A DNA stretch of 64,000 bases from Candidatus Falkowbacteria bacterium (GTDB lineage: Bacteria; Patescibacteriota; Patescibacteriia; Patescibacteriales; UBA12465): NCBI GenBank assembly GCA_026396875.1, contig JAPLVY010000004.1, positions 83,163 through 147,162 on the forward strand, in the 5' to 3' direction. This document shows, one piece after another, positions 39,752 through 47,603 of the stretch. The notes beneath the pieces are model-generated. The model worked only from the letters and a program-made list of their open reading frames with translations. It was not told the DNA's origin and ran no database searches. Positions within the stretch are counted from its first letter, which is position 1; each line of letters opens with the position of its first letter. Position numbers and translations under genes: made by a program.

Positions 39752-40951
39752 TTATTGCACCTCGATCTTCTGCCAACCCTTGGTGCCGTTGTTTTCCGCT
39801 TTGAAGTACAGCGTTTTGGTTTTATCATCCAGTCTAGGCTGGTTAATTTTTTTGCCGTCTAGTAGTTTGGTTATTTTGCCGCTACCTTCGTAGAGGTCAA
39901 TAGAATTAATACTATTGTCGGTGGTGTAAATAAGATATTTCTTTTTTTTGCTCCAGGTTAAACCGGTAATTTTCTCACTGATTCTTGTGATTAATTGGCG
40001 ATTATTATTTTTTAGATCATAGCTAGTAATTTCAAAATCACCAGCGATCAGTAATTGTTCATTGTCCAACCAGGTCCAATAATTGGCATCGCCAACTACA
40101 CTACCGAAAGGGCTCAAGCTCTTGCTCTCAAAGATAAAAAGGCTGTGACTGTCTGGGTTATAAGCGGCGGCGAGGTTATTCTGATTGGAAGAAAGCTCAT
40201 AGTTCCAGGCACCAGGAAGATTTATTTTATTGATTACCGAATTGTTTTTTAAATCATAAGAACGCAATTCGATACGTGAAGCTTTCTTGGCAATGACCAA
40301 CAAGCGGCCATCTTTTGGTAGGTAGTCAAGATATTCTTCCTGGTTAGTTTTACCGTCCAAAATTGTCGAAATTTCTTCAGTTTTTTGGTTATAGGAACTA
40401 ATCTGCTGCTTGTCGCCGAAGAAGAAGTTAGAGTTATCTTCAGTTTTTAATTTTTGATATTTACCAATCTTTGCCTCAACAGCTTGCGAGACACCCTGGT
40501 CTTTGACTGCACCGTCAAGATTAATGGCGCAGGATTCAGCCAGAGAAGCTAACGCTTCCGTCGGTACGCAGCGCTTGAAGAGGATGATGTTTTCCGCGTA
40601 AGTGCTCTGTCCGCCGTAAATAGTAATTTTCTTTTCCCAAGGCCAATAGCCATCAAGCTTCACTTCCACCAAATATTCTTGGGGTAAAAGATTTTTAATT
40701 TTTGCCGGAGTGGTGGCATAATTTCCAAAAATACTACCACTAGATTTGGCCTGTCTGCCATCCAAATAAATATCCGCTCCCTTCGGGGTGCTCGCCAAAA
40801 TCATGGTGCCGGTTTTTTGCAAGAACCTTCCTTTTAGTGCTCGGCCAAAATCCAAACGGTAGCCGGCGGCGTATAAAGACAGCAAAAAAGTTGCCACGAA
40901 AAAAAGCAGGACAAAAAAGAAAAACATGGCATCGCGGAGTTTTTTATTCAT
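39752..40951 (-). CDS. membrane-anchored PEGA-domain protein with a beta-propeller-like C-terminal region
   Basis: N-terminal TM 'FFFVLLFFVATFLLSLY'. PEGA-like 'STPKGADIYLDGRQ...YLVEVKLDGYWPWEKKI'. TolB/WD-like repeats follow (tentative). Confidence 0.55.
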   Translation of the reverse strand: MNKKLRDAMFFFFVLLFFVATFLLSLYAAGYRLDFGRALKGRFLQKTGTMILASTPKGADIYLDGRQAKSSGSIFGNYATTPAKIKNLLPQEYLVEVKLDGYWPWEKKITIYGGQSTYAENIILFKRCVPTEALASLAESCAINLDGAVKDQGVSQAVEAKIGKYQKLKTEDNSNFFFGDKQQISSYNQKTEEISTILDGKTNQEEYLDYLPKDGRLLVIAKKASRIELRSYDLKNNSVINKINLPGAWNYELSSNQNNLAAAYNPDSHSLFIFESKSLSPFGSVVGDANYWTWLDNEQLLIAGDFEITSYDLKNNNRQLITRISEKITGLTWSKKKKYLIYTTDNSINSIDLYEGSGKITKLLDGKKINQPRLDDKTKTLYFKAENNGTKGWQKIEVQ

Positions 40952-40957
40952 ATTTTT

Positions 40958-42259
40958 TTATTCAAAAACCTGAATATCAGCGCCCAGTTGGTTAAGGCGT
41001 TCATAAAGGTTTTCGTAACCGCGGTCAATCGGGTAGGAATTTCTGAGTACCGACTTTCCTTTGGCGGCTAGCATGCAAATCAAGATATTGATTGAAGGGC
41101 GCAGGGCTGGCGGACAAACCATTTCATTTGGTTTCAGAATGCTCACACCTTTAACAATTACGCGGTGCGGATCCATCAAAGTGATCTCCGCTCCTAAACG
41201 ATTAAGTTCGATATAATAAATCGCTCTATTTTCATAAACCCAATCGTGCACAAGAGTCTGACCCTCGGCCTGGGTAAGTATCGGTACGAAAAGCGGCAAG
41301 TTGTCGATGTTCAGTCCCGGGTAAGGATTCGGATGAATCTTATCTGGCAGTGCTTTTAATTTTGAGGGAATGATTTCAATGTCAACGAGGTCAAAAAATT
41401 TATTTTTTGATTTATAGGTTTTGCTGATTTTTAATTTTTGTCCCATTACCTTTAATTTTTCTATCTCTAGGCGCAAATAATCAATTGGGCAACCGACAAT
41501 TTTTAAATGAGAGTGAGTCGTAATGGCTAGGGAAATAAAAGCCATGGATTCAATCGGGTCTGGCATGATGGGATAATTTTCTACCGGTTTTAATTTTTTT
41601 ACTCCAGTAATTTTTAAACGATTGATTCCAGACCATTCAATGTTAGCGCCAGCTGCCTTCAGGTAACAGATCAGATCTTGGATCATGTAATTCGAGGAAG
41701 CAAAATTTATTTCTGTTACGCCGTTGGTCAACACAGCAGCCATGATCGTGTTTTCGGTGGCGGTGTCGCCGCTTTCATACATCGTGAATGAAGCTGACTT
41801 CTTTTTGCTCGCATCAACCTGATATTCACTGTTTGTTTCTTTGATTTTAATTCCCATCTCCTTCATGGCAATCAAATACGGATTCACGGTACGCTTGCCC
41901 AGATTGCAACCGCCAGATTTTGGCAGGGAGAAAACCTTCAATTCGGTGGAAAGAGCACCCATTAGCAAGAGCGCAGAACGGGTTTTCAAAAAGGCTTCTT
42001 TATCAATTTCTTTGATTTTTATTTTGCCGTCATTGACTATTTCCAGGTGTTTGCCTTTTTCCCAACGAATTCTAATACCAATAGAAGACAAAACTTCAAT
42101 AATGCGATGCACCTCTTCAATCATTGGCACCTCGCTCAAAATAGTTTTCCCCTCAATCATGGCGGTAGCGCAAAGAATCGCTACTGCAGAATTTTTAGCT
42201 GAGTTTACAGTAATTTTACCAGTAAGCGGTTTCCCGCCATTTATTGTAAGATTGGCCAT
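40958..42259 (-). CDS. murA: UDP-N-acetylglucosamine 1-carboxyvinyltransferase
   Basis: 'INGGKPLTGKITVNSAKNSAVAIL', active-site 'KSGGCNLGKR', 'IDRGYENLYERLNQLGADI'. Confidence 0.95.
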   Translation of the reverse strand: MANLTINGGKPLTGKITVNSAKNSAVAILCATAMIEGKTILSEVPMIEEVHRIIEVLSSIGIRIRWEKGKHLEIVNDGKIKIKEIDKEAFLKTRSALLLMGALSTELKVFSLPKSGGCNLGKRTVNPYLIAMKEMGIKIKETNSEYQVDASKKKSASFTMYESGDTATENTIMAAVLTNGVTEINFASSNYMIQDLICYLKAAGANIEWSGINRLKITGVKKLKPVENYPIMPDPIESMAFISLAITTHSHLKIVGCPIDYLRLEIEKLKVMGQKLKISKTYKSKNKFFDLVDIEIIPSKLKALPDKIHPNPYPGLNIDNLPLFVPILTQAEGQTLVHDWVYENRAIYYIELNRLGAEITLMDPHRVIVKGVSILKPNEMVCPPALRPSINILICMLAAKGKSVLRNSYPIDRGYENLYERLNQLGADIQVFE

Positions 42260-42325
42260 ATTATTTGAAACTAAGGCCGCCGGGGCGGACTTGAGCCATT
42301 TAGTACCTCCATCATATCCTATTTA

Positions 42326-42353
42326 TTGACATTTTTCAAATATCTGCTATATT
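42326..42353 (+). promoter_or_regulatory. candidate rplU promoter
   Basis: TTGACA, 16 nt spacer (ending TGC), TATATT. Confidence 0.5.
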
Positions 42354-42407
42354 TAGAAAGTAATCAGGAATTCTCTGATTTTTTTAATGAATATTTCTAT
42401 CAAACTT

Positions 42408-42719
42408 ATGAAAATCGCGATTATTAAAACCGGCGGCAAACAGTATAAGGTTAAGGAAGGCCAGGTTGTTAAGATTGAAAAATTAGAGTTAGAAGGCGGC
42501 TCTGCTGTCAGTTTTGATACTCTTTTGGTCGCTGACGGTAATGGTGAAAACGTTGAAGTCGGTACCCCGACTTTGGGCGAACGAGTTACTGGCGAAGTTA
42601 TTAAGACCGAAAAGCAAGACAAGGTTTTGGTGGTCAAATACAAGAACAAGACCAGATACAAGAAAACCACTGGTCATCGTCAGAAAATGACTAGCGTCAT
42701 GATTCAGAAAATTGCCTAA
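42408..42719 (+). CDS. rplU: 50S ribosomal protein L21
   Basis: 'MKIAIIKTGGKQYKVKEG', 'GHRQ'. ATG 42408 is preferred over the track start at 42387. Confidence 0.9.
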   Translation: MKIAIIKTGGKQYKVKEGQVVKIEKLELEGGSAVSFDTLLVADGNGENVEVGTPTLGERVTGEVIKTEKQDKVLVVKYKNKTRYKKTTGHRQKMTSVMIQKIA

Positions 42720-42738
42720 TATTTATATTGGATACTCT

Positions 42739-42767
42739 AAAAAACCCGCCTGAAGGCGGGTTTTTTG
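42739..42767 (+). terminator. rho-independent terminator after rplU
   Basis: cccgcc-tgaa-ggcggg plus a T6 run. Confidence 0.85.
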
Positions 42768-42825
42768 TGGAAATTATGGGTCATTTAGCATTTATTTAGC
42801 ATATATTTATCGCTACTGTGCAAAA

Positions 42826-43020
42826 ATACTTGCCTGGGCCCGGCATGGATGAGGGACCAAATTCGACAATTGAGTCTCCGGAGTTCTCGCCTCGCGTCGC
42901 TCCGGCGAAGCGGGCGATTCCCCGCGGGTCCACTCGCTATTGACCGTTGGTATCCGTGTGATACAATTACTATGTCGAATTTGGTCCTATTACGCAAAAT
43001 GCGAGACGTGAAAATATAAT
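42826..43020. ncRNA. unclassified GC-rich structured element (candidate ncRNA or small mobile element)
   Basis: A GC-rich island in AT-rich spacer DNA between two terminators. A 15-bp perfect stem ggaccaaattcgaca (42854-42868) / tgtcgaatttggtcc (42973-42987) encloses further hairpins. Strand is unknown. Confidence 0.35.
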
Positions 43021-43021
43021 C

Positions 43022-43047
43022 AAAAACCTCCCGTTTGGGAGGTTTTT
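43022..43047. terminator. bidirectional rho-independent terminator (serves recR)
   Basis: cctccc-gttt-gggagg with an A5 run before and a T5 run after. Confidence 0.85.
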
Positions 43048-43053
43048 GTATTT

Positions 43054-43656
43054 TCAGCATTCATTTCGATATTTTAGAGCATTGGTGATCGTCATTTCAT
43101 CAGCATATTCCAAATTTGCGCCCGCCGGAAGGCCTCTGGCCAAGCGGGTAAGCCTGACACCCTTTTCGCGTAAAATTTTGCTGAGGTACATTGAAGTGGC
43201 TTCGCCCTCAATGGTTGGGTCAAAGGCAAGGATGACCTCCTCTATTGGTTCTTGGTCTAATTTTTTTAATAATTCACGAATTCTTAATTTTTCCGGGCCA
43301 ACTCCTTCAACGGTATCGATTAGCCCGCCAAGGACAAAATATCTTCCGTTGTATTGTCTTGTGGCCTCAATTGCGGCTAATTCGCGGCTGTCAGCAATCA
43401 GGCAAAGGGTCTTTTGATCGCGATTGGCATCAAGACAGGTGGGACAGGGGCTTTTTTCTGAAATATTACCGCATAATTGGCAGATAATTGTTTTTTCCTT
43501 TAATTCACCGAGTCGCACAGAAAACTCCTTAGTCATTGACTCTGGCTGATCGAGCAAGAAAAAAGCGTAGCGTTCAGCGGTTTTGGGGCCAACACCAGGC
43601 AATTTTGCGAGCATTTCAATTAGTTTCTGTAAGGCTTCAGGATAACGCATTGACAA
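43054..43656 (-). CDS. recR: recombination protein RecR
   Basis: HhH 'LPGVGPKTAERYAF', Cys4 'CQLCGNISEKSPCPTC', Toprim 'LCLIADSRELAAIE'. Confidence 0.95.
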   Translation of the reverse strand: MSMRYPEALQKLIEMLAKLPGVGPKTAERYAFFLLDQPESMTKEFSVRLGELKEKTIICQLCGNISEKSPCPTCLDANRDQKTLCLIADSRELAAIEATRQYNGRYFVLGGLIDTVEGVGPEKLRIRELLKKLDQEPIEEVILAFDPTIEGEATSMYLSKILREKGVRLTRLARGLPAGANLEYADEMTITNALKYRNEC

Positions 43657-43678
43657 GATTGATTTTATGTATTATGAT
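43650..43678 (+). promoter_or_regulatory. candidate promoter for the 43737 ORF
   Basis: TTGACA, 17 nt spacer, TATGAT; a strong SD (aaaggag) lies downstream. Confidence 0.5.
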
Positions 43679-43736
43679 TATACTCTAGTTCTTATATAAT
43701 AGTAACATAATAACAATAAAAAAAGGAGATTTAAGT

Positions 43737-44015
43737 ATGGGGAAACAACTTGTCAGATTTGTTTTGGTTCAAGATGGAGACACGCAGACCAATGTACCGG
43801 TAGATTTTTTTGCTAAACCAGGGAAGAAAATTCCCGTAGCACATAGCTATCTAAAACCGGGCGTCGATATTGAATACATTGGTAACAAAAACAGCAAGTG
43901 TAAAACAGTTCAGGCGCACGCACAAAGAGCTGATAAAATTTTAGGAAAAGGGAAGAGGCTAAAGTTCTTGAAATTTAGCGATGAGGGGAAAGAACCAATT
44001 TATCGCCCAGTGTGA
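43737..44015 (+). CDS. hypothetical basic protein (92 aa)
   Basis: ORF with promoter, SD and a downstream hairpin; no motif recognised. Confidence 0.45.
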   Translation: MGKQLVRFVLVQDGDTQTNVPVDFFAKPGKKIPVAHSYLKPGVDIEYIGNKNSKCKTVQAHAQRADKILGKGKRLKFLKFSDEGKEPIYRPV

Positions 44016-44089
44016 TTAATGCTCTAGCATTCAAAAAAAGACCAGTCTTTACAACAGAAGGCCGGTCTTTTTCTTTTTTGTTCCAATTT

Positions 44090-44368
44090 TTATTTCATTA
44101 AGCCGTCCAAGCCACCCATGTCCTGGAGTTTTTTGGCCATCATTCTCTGGGCTTTCTTAATTGCTTCGTTGATAGCGTTTTTGACGGCATCTTCTTGAGC
44201 GCTCTGAGAAAGTTCTTTATTGAGGGAAACGCTAGAAACTTCCATGTTACCGTTAATCACAATTTTAACGCCGTTTTTTTCTTCAGTAAAAACTTCACCA
44301 GCCAGAGCACTCTGCATGGTTTTGGCTTGATCACGAAGATCTTTAATTTGTTTTAGTTTGTTGAACAT
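44090..44368 (-). CDS. ybaB: YbaB/EbfC-family nucleoid-associated protein
   Basis: 92 aa. 'KQIKDLRDQAKTMQSALA...VKIVINGNMEVSSVSL...AINEAIKKAQ'. Synteny with recR. Confidence 0.85.
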   Translation of the reverse strand: MFNKLKQIKDLRDQAKTMQSALAGEVFTEEKNGVKIVINGNMEVSSVSLNKELSQSAQEDAVKNAINEAIKKAQRMMAKKLQDMGGLDGLMK

Positions 44369-44395
44369 AAATTTAAAAAATTATTTTTTTGAATA

Positions 44396-45805
44396 CTAAA
44401 AATCAATATTGTTATTAGTGCTATTTCCACCGACTTGCTTGGCCAGATTTTTAAAACTAACCGTTGTTTCATCAAAGAATAAATCAACTTTTCCTGTTGG
44501 CCCATTTCTATGTTTGGCAATATGGATTTCCGCCTTGTATCTTTCATCCATTGGTAAATCTTGAGGATTAAAGCTGCGATCAGCGGCTTTGCGGTAGATG
44601 AACATCACGATGTCGGCATCTTGCTCAATTGATCCAGAGTCGCGCAGATGTGAAAGTTTCGGGATTGCGGGGCTAGTGGCCTCCACAGCGCGAGATAACT
44701 GGGCAAGGGCAAGCACTGGAACATTTAGTTCGCGAGCAATACCTTTTAAACCGCGGCTGATTTCCGCAATTTCTTGAACGCGGTTATCGCCGTATTTTCC
44801 TCGACCTTCCATAAGCTGCAAATAGTCGACCATGATTAACCCCAAGCCTTTTTCCATTTGGAGTCTTCTGGCTTTGGCGCGAATTTCCATGATTGATAAG
44901 GTGCTGGAATCATCGATATAGATTGGTGCTTCAGCTAGTTGGCCCATGGCAGCGCCGATTTTGGCAAAGTCATTATCTTCTTCTTTATCGGATAAGTTGC
45001 CAGTGCGCATTTTCCATAAGCTGACATTCGCCTGCGAACAAAGCATGCGGTCGACAAGCTGCTCTTTGCTCATTTCCAAAGAGAATATTCCAACGCCCTC
45101 CTTGGTTTTAATTGCAGTTTGGCGCGCGATATCAAGAGCAAAAGAAGTTTTTCCGACAGAAGGACGGGCTGCCAAAATAATTAAATCCGATTTCTGCAAA
45201 CCGGCCAAGAGGTTGTCCAAATCGGTAAATCCAGTGGGTAGTCCGCGCAACTTACCGCCTTTTTTGTGCAACTCATCGATGCGATCAAAGGCCGCGGTTA
45301 GCAGATTATCGATTGGCAAGAAAGCGTTCTTCAAATATTTTCTGGAAACACCAAATATTTTTTGTTCGGTGGCGTCAAGGACTTCGTCGATATCGCTTTC
45401 CTCGTCAAAGCTCATCTTCATGATGTCACCGGCGGCTTGTTGTAGGCGGCGCAAGGTTGATTTCTTCTGGATGATGCTAGCGTAATAGGAAACATTGGCT
45501 GAGGTGGCAACAGCGTTACTTAATTGTGCTAAAAATGCTCGCCCACCGATTTTGGCCAATTGTTTTTTTTCTTCTAGGCGGTTGGCGAGAGTGATAACAT
45601 CAATCGGCTCGCGGTTGTTGTATAATTCATGAATCGCTTCATAGACAAACTTGTGGGCGTCTTTGTAGAAATCATCAGGAGTAACCTGGTCAACTACCTT
45701 AATGATTGAGTCTTTATCAATCAAAAGACAGCCCAAGAGAGACTGTTCGGCCTCCAGGCTTTGCGGTGGTACTTTTTCTAATAAATTTTTATTGTCTTCA
45801 GTCAT
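44396..45805 (-). CDS. dnaB: replicative DNA helicase DnaB
   Basis: 'PPQSLEAEQSLLGCLL', Walker A 'ARPSVGKTSFAL', 'SLEMS', 'ALAQLSR'. Confidence 0.95.
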   Translation of the reverse strand: MTEDNKNLLEKVPPQSLEAEQSLLGCLLIDKDSIIKVVDQVTPDDFYKDAHKFVYEAIHELYNNREPIDVITLANRLEEKKQLAKIGGRAFLAQLSNAVATSANVSYYASIIQKKSTLRRLQQAAGDIMKMSFDEESDIDEVLDATEQKIFGVSRKYLKNAFLPIDNLLTAAFDRIDELHKKGGKLRGLPTGFTDLDNLLAGLQKSDLIILAARPSVGKTSFALDIARQTAIKTKEGVGIFSLEMSKEQLVDRMLCSQANVSLWKMRTGNLSDKEEDNDFAKIGAAMGQLAEAPIYIDDSSTLSIMEIRAKARRLQMEKGLGLIMVDYLQLMEGRGKYGDNRVQEIAEISRGLKGIARELNVPVLALAQLSRAVEATSPAIPKLSHLRDSGSIEQDADIVMFIYRKAADRSFNPQDLPMDERYKAEIHIAKHRNGPTGKVDLFFDETTVSFKNLAKQVGGNSTNNNIDF

Positions 45806-45968
45806 ATTGGTCTTACTATTTTAGCCGACTAGGCCCTTTTTATCAAGGTAAATTTAAGCACAGGATATCAACGGTTTATCCACCATCGGGGTTGACAAGA
45901 GTCAATTTTTTCTATATTTTTCTATATCTATAGCAGTAACGCAAATTAATAACAAAAAAAGGAGAACT

Positions 45969-46406
45969 ATGAACAGTGATCAGAATGCTCAAATTGAGCA
46001 AATGCTAGAAAATGAACAAATGATGGAATTAATTCTTTGTCTGTTGGATGTCAAAGTTTTATATCAAATCATCAATGTCGAAGAATTGGTACCGCCATCT
46101 TACGAAAAAAGGAGGGGACGTCAATCGCTCGGCTGTCTCCCCTTGCCACTTCAAAAAGCTTATACTTTGCTGATGGAGAAATCTAAGGAGAGATTATCTC
46201 TGGAGTCTGCCGCCAATCAAGACGGTCTTAGCACAATGGAATGCGAACGGGCTCTTTGTCTTAAAAATGAGACCAGATTGCTTGAAAGATTGTTGGAGAG
46301 TATTATTCGCGGAAGATTCGAACTTAGTTCCAGTGATCAATACAAAATCACTAATAATTGGGAGGTGGTAGTCAAAGTCAGCAGTCTAATTGAAACTGTT
46401 GAGTAA
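45969..46406 (+). CDS. hypothetical protein (145 aa)
   Basis: ORF with a strong SD (aaaggag) and terminator; no motif recognised. Confidence 0.4.
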   Translation: MNSDQNAQIEQMLENEQMMELILCLLDVKVLYQIINVEELVPPSYEKRRGRQSLGCLPLPLQKAYTLLMEKSKERLSLESAANQDGLSTMECERALCLKNETRLLERLLESIIRGRFELSSSDQYKITNNWEVVVKVSSLIETVE

Positions 46407-46411
46407 AAAAC

Positions 46412-46439
46412 AAAAAAGACCGAAAAAATCGGTCTTTTT
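46412..46439. terminator. bidirectional terminator (45969 ORF on plus, tRNA-Thr on minus)
   Basis: agaccga-aaaaa-tcggtct flanked by an A-run and a T-run. Confidence 0.75.
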
Positions 46440-46445
46440 AAATTT

Positions 46446-46521
46446 TGGAGCCGCCTGTCGGGTTTGAACCGACGACCTGCTGTTTACAAAACAGCTGCTC
46501 TACCAGCTGAGCTAAGACGGC
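46446..46521 (-). tRNA. tRNA-Thr (anticodon UGU), CCA encoded
   Basis: Hand-folded cloverleaf: gccgtct/aggcggc acceptor, gctc-agctggta-gagc D arm, gctgt-ttTGTaa-acagc anticodon arm, gtcgg-ttcaaac-ccgac T arm. 76 nt. Confidence 0.9.
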
Positions 46522-46530
46522 AATAGAGTA

Positions 46531-46559
46531 AATATATTATAAATTCATTTTTTTATCAA
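46531..46559 (-). promoter_or_regulatory. candidate tRNA-Thr promoter
   Basis: On minus: TTGATA, 17 nt spacer, TATATT. The -10 ends ~9 nt before the mature 5' end. Confidence 0.45.
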
Positions 46560-46581
46560 GAGAGGCGCTTTTTGGTAATTT

Positions 46582-46608
46582 AAAAGGGCTCTTTTTGTGA
46601 GCCCTTTT
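46582..46608. terminator. stem-loop terminator downstream of the 46705..46980 ORF
   Basis: aagggctc / gagccctt stem with flanking A and T runs. Confidence 0.55.
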
Positions 46609-46704
46609 GCCAAAATCACTAGCGAGGAGAGGTTCTTGTTCTGCGGCAAGCCCAATTGGGGAGTCGCAATTACCCTTTTAGAAGACAAAATTGTCTTACC
46701 TTGG

Positions 46705-46980
46705 CTACTTTTTTTCTGGTTCAGAGAAAGCTGTTTCTACAGCTTCGCGAACGAGTTCTTCAAGTATTGAAGAGATCTCTTCTTTTGTTGCTTGAAAACC
46801 TTGTTTTTTCAGGGCTTCAACTTGTTCACCGATCGCTCTCTTGAGGTCGGACTGGTTGAGGGTGATTGGACGCTTGCCCATCATTACCTTTAATAATGCA
46901 AAGGCAATTTCCCCTTTTCTGTTTGGATCTAATGTAGTTCCCAATTTTATTGTTTTTAAAGATTGGCTAAGTAAAATCAC
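46705..46980 (-). CDS. hypothetical protein (91 aa, GTG start or shorter)
   Basis: ORF only. Confidence 0.35.
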   Translation of the reverse strand: MILLSQSLKTIKLGTTLDPNRKGEIAFALLKVMMGKRPITLNQSDLKRAIGEQVEALKKQGFQATKEEISSILEELVREAVETAFSEPEKK

Positions 46981-47114
46981 TTAGTTTTAACATCATAACA
47001 TTATTAATAAAATAAGTCAAATGTAGGCTATTAATCTACTATTGCCAATATTAAAAATATATGTTATTATTGGTTTACAATTATATTAGTCGTAAATTAA
47101 AAATAAATCTTCAA

Positions 47115-47396
47115 ATGAGAAACATGTTATTTTTCTTTTTTAGTATTCTTTCCGGCGCTTTATCGGCCGAAGTTTCTTTACCGTCACCAAAAATAGATAA
47201 TCCCAATATCTCTCCAGTGGAGGTATCTGGTTTTTGGGGTCAGTTTTTTCATGACTTTACCTTTATTCCGGCGGGAATAATTCTGATGGTAATTATTGCC
47301 TTTATCATCTTTAGATTGTCAAAGGGCAAGTATGGAGCAAAAATCAGGCAGTTTTTTAAGCGTTTCGAGCTTGACGATAATCACGGAGTAGCTTAG
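47115..47396 (+). CDS. small signal-peptide/TM protein (~93 aa)
   Basis: 'MRNMLFFFFSILSGALSAEV' looks like a signal peptide, followed by a second TM 'IPAGIILMVIIAFIIF'. Confidence 0.4.
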   Translation: MRNMLFFFFSILSGALSAEVSLPSPKIDNPNISPVEVSGFWGQFFHDFTFIPAGIILMVIIAFIIFRLSKGKYGAKIRQFFKRFELDDNHGVA

Positions 47397-47503
47397 ACTT
47401 GGATTAATCTTTAACATCTTAAAAGCATGGAGAACAATCATCACCACGGCTACTTAGCCGACTGGGCAATTTTACCGGAAATACCGAAAAAATAATTTCG
47501 GTG

Positions 47504-47532
47504 AAAAAGCAGCAAAAAAAGCTGCTTTTTTT
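47504..47532 (+). terminator. rho-independent terminator
   Basis: aaagcagc-aaaaaaa-gctgcttt plus a T-run. Confidence 0.65.
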
Positions 47533-47549
47533 ATTTTATTAATAAATAG

Positions 47550-47578
47550 CAAAAAAACTCCACATCAGTGGAGTTTTC
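47550..47578 (-). terminator. rho-independent terminator on minus strand, directly after the duplicated tRNA-Lys 3' end
   Basis: actccac-atca-gtggagt. The A7 run on plus equals a T7 run on minus. Confidence 0.7.
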
Positions 47579-47581
47579 TGT

Positions 47582-47603
47582 TTTGTGCGCCCAGCAGGAC
47601 TCG
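47582..47603 (-). repeat. 22-nt direct duplicate of the tRNA-Lys 3' end (T-loop/T-stem/acceptor)
   Basis: tttgtgcgcccagcaggactcg at 47582-47603 is identical to 47762-47783 inside and after tRNA-Lys. Confidence 0.9.

Noticed and set aside
42826-43020. Tried to identify the GC-rich element as SRP RNA (because of the ybaB-recR neighbourhood), tmRNA ('AAATTCGAC' resembles the tmRNA 5' GGAUUCGAC), RNase P RNA or a tRNA.
   Set aside because: It has no GNRA apex flanked by AGG/AGCA, no acceptor-stem/T-arm pairing or CCA end, and no GGAAAGTCC-type CR-I motif. At ~190 nt it is too short for tmRNA or RNase P. It is left as unclassified pending an Infernal search.
42785-43060. 91-aa minus-strand ORF covering the GC-rich element downstream of recR.
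   Set aside because: It overlaps the recR stop and terminator, has no SD, and gives an Arg/Ser/Pro-rich sequence typical of reading through GC-rich structured DNA.
45876-45884. DnaA-box-like TTATCCACC upstream of dnaB, raising the possibility of an origin.
   Set aside because: It is a single 8/9 match with no cluster of boxes, no AT-rich unwinding repeats and no dnaA/dnaN nearby.
45908-45933. Short direct repeats (tttt)ctatat x2 followed by ctatag.
   Set aside because: At 6-10 nt they are too short and too few for a CRISPR or tandem-repeat locus. They overlap the likely -10 region of the 45969 ORF and may just be AT-rich promoter sequence.
47427-47495. 22-codon mini-ORF 'MENNHHHGYLADWAILPEIPKK' between the 47115 ORF and the terminators.
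   Set aside because: It has no SD and is too short to support without comparative or ribosome-profiling data. It is noted only because of the His triplet.
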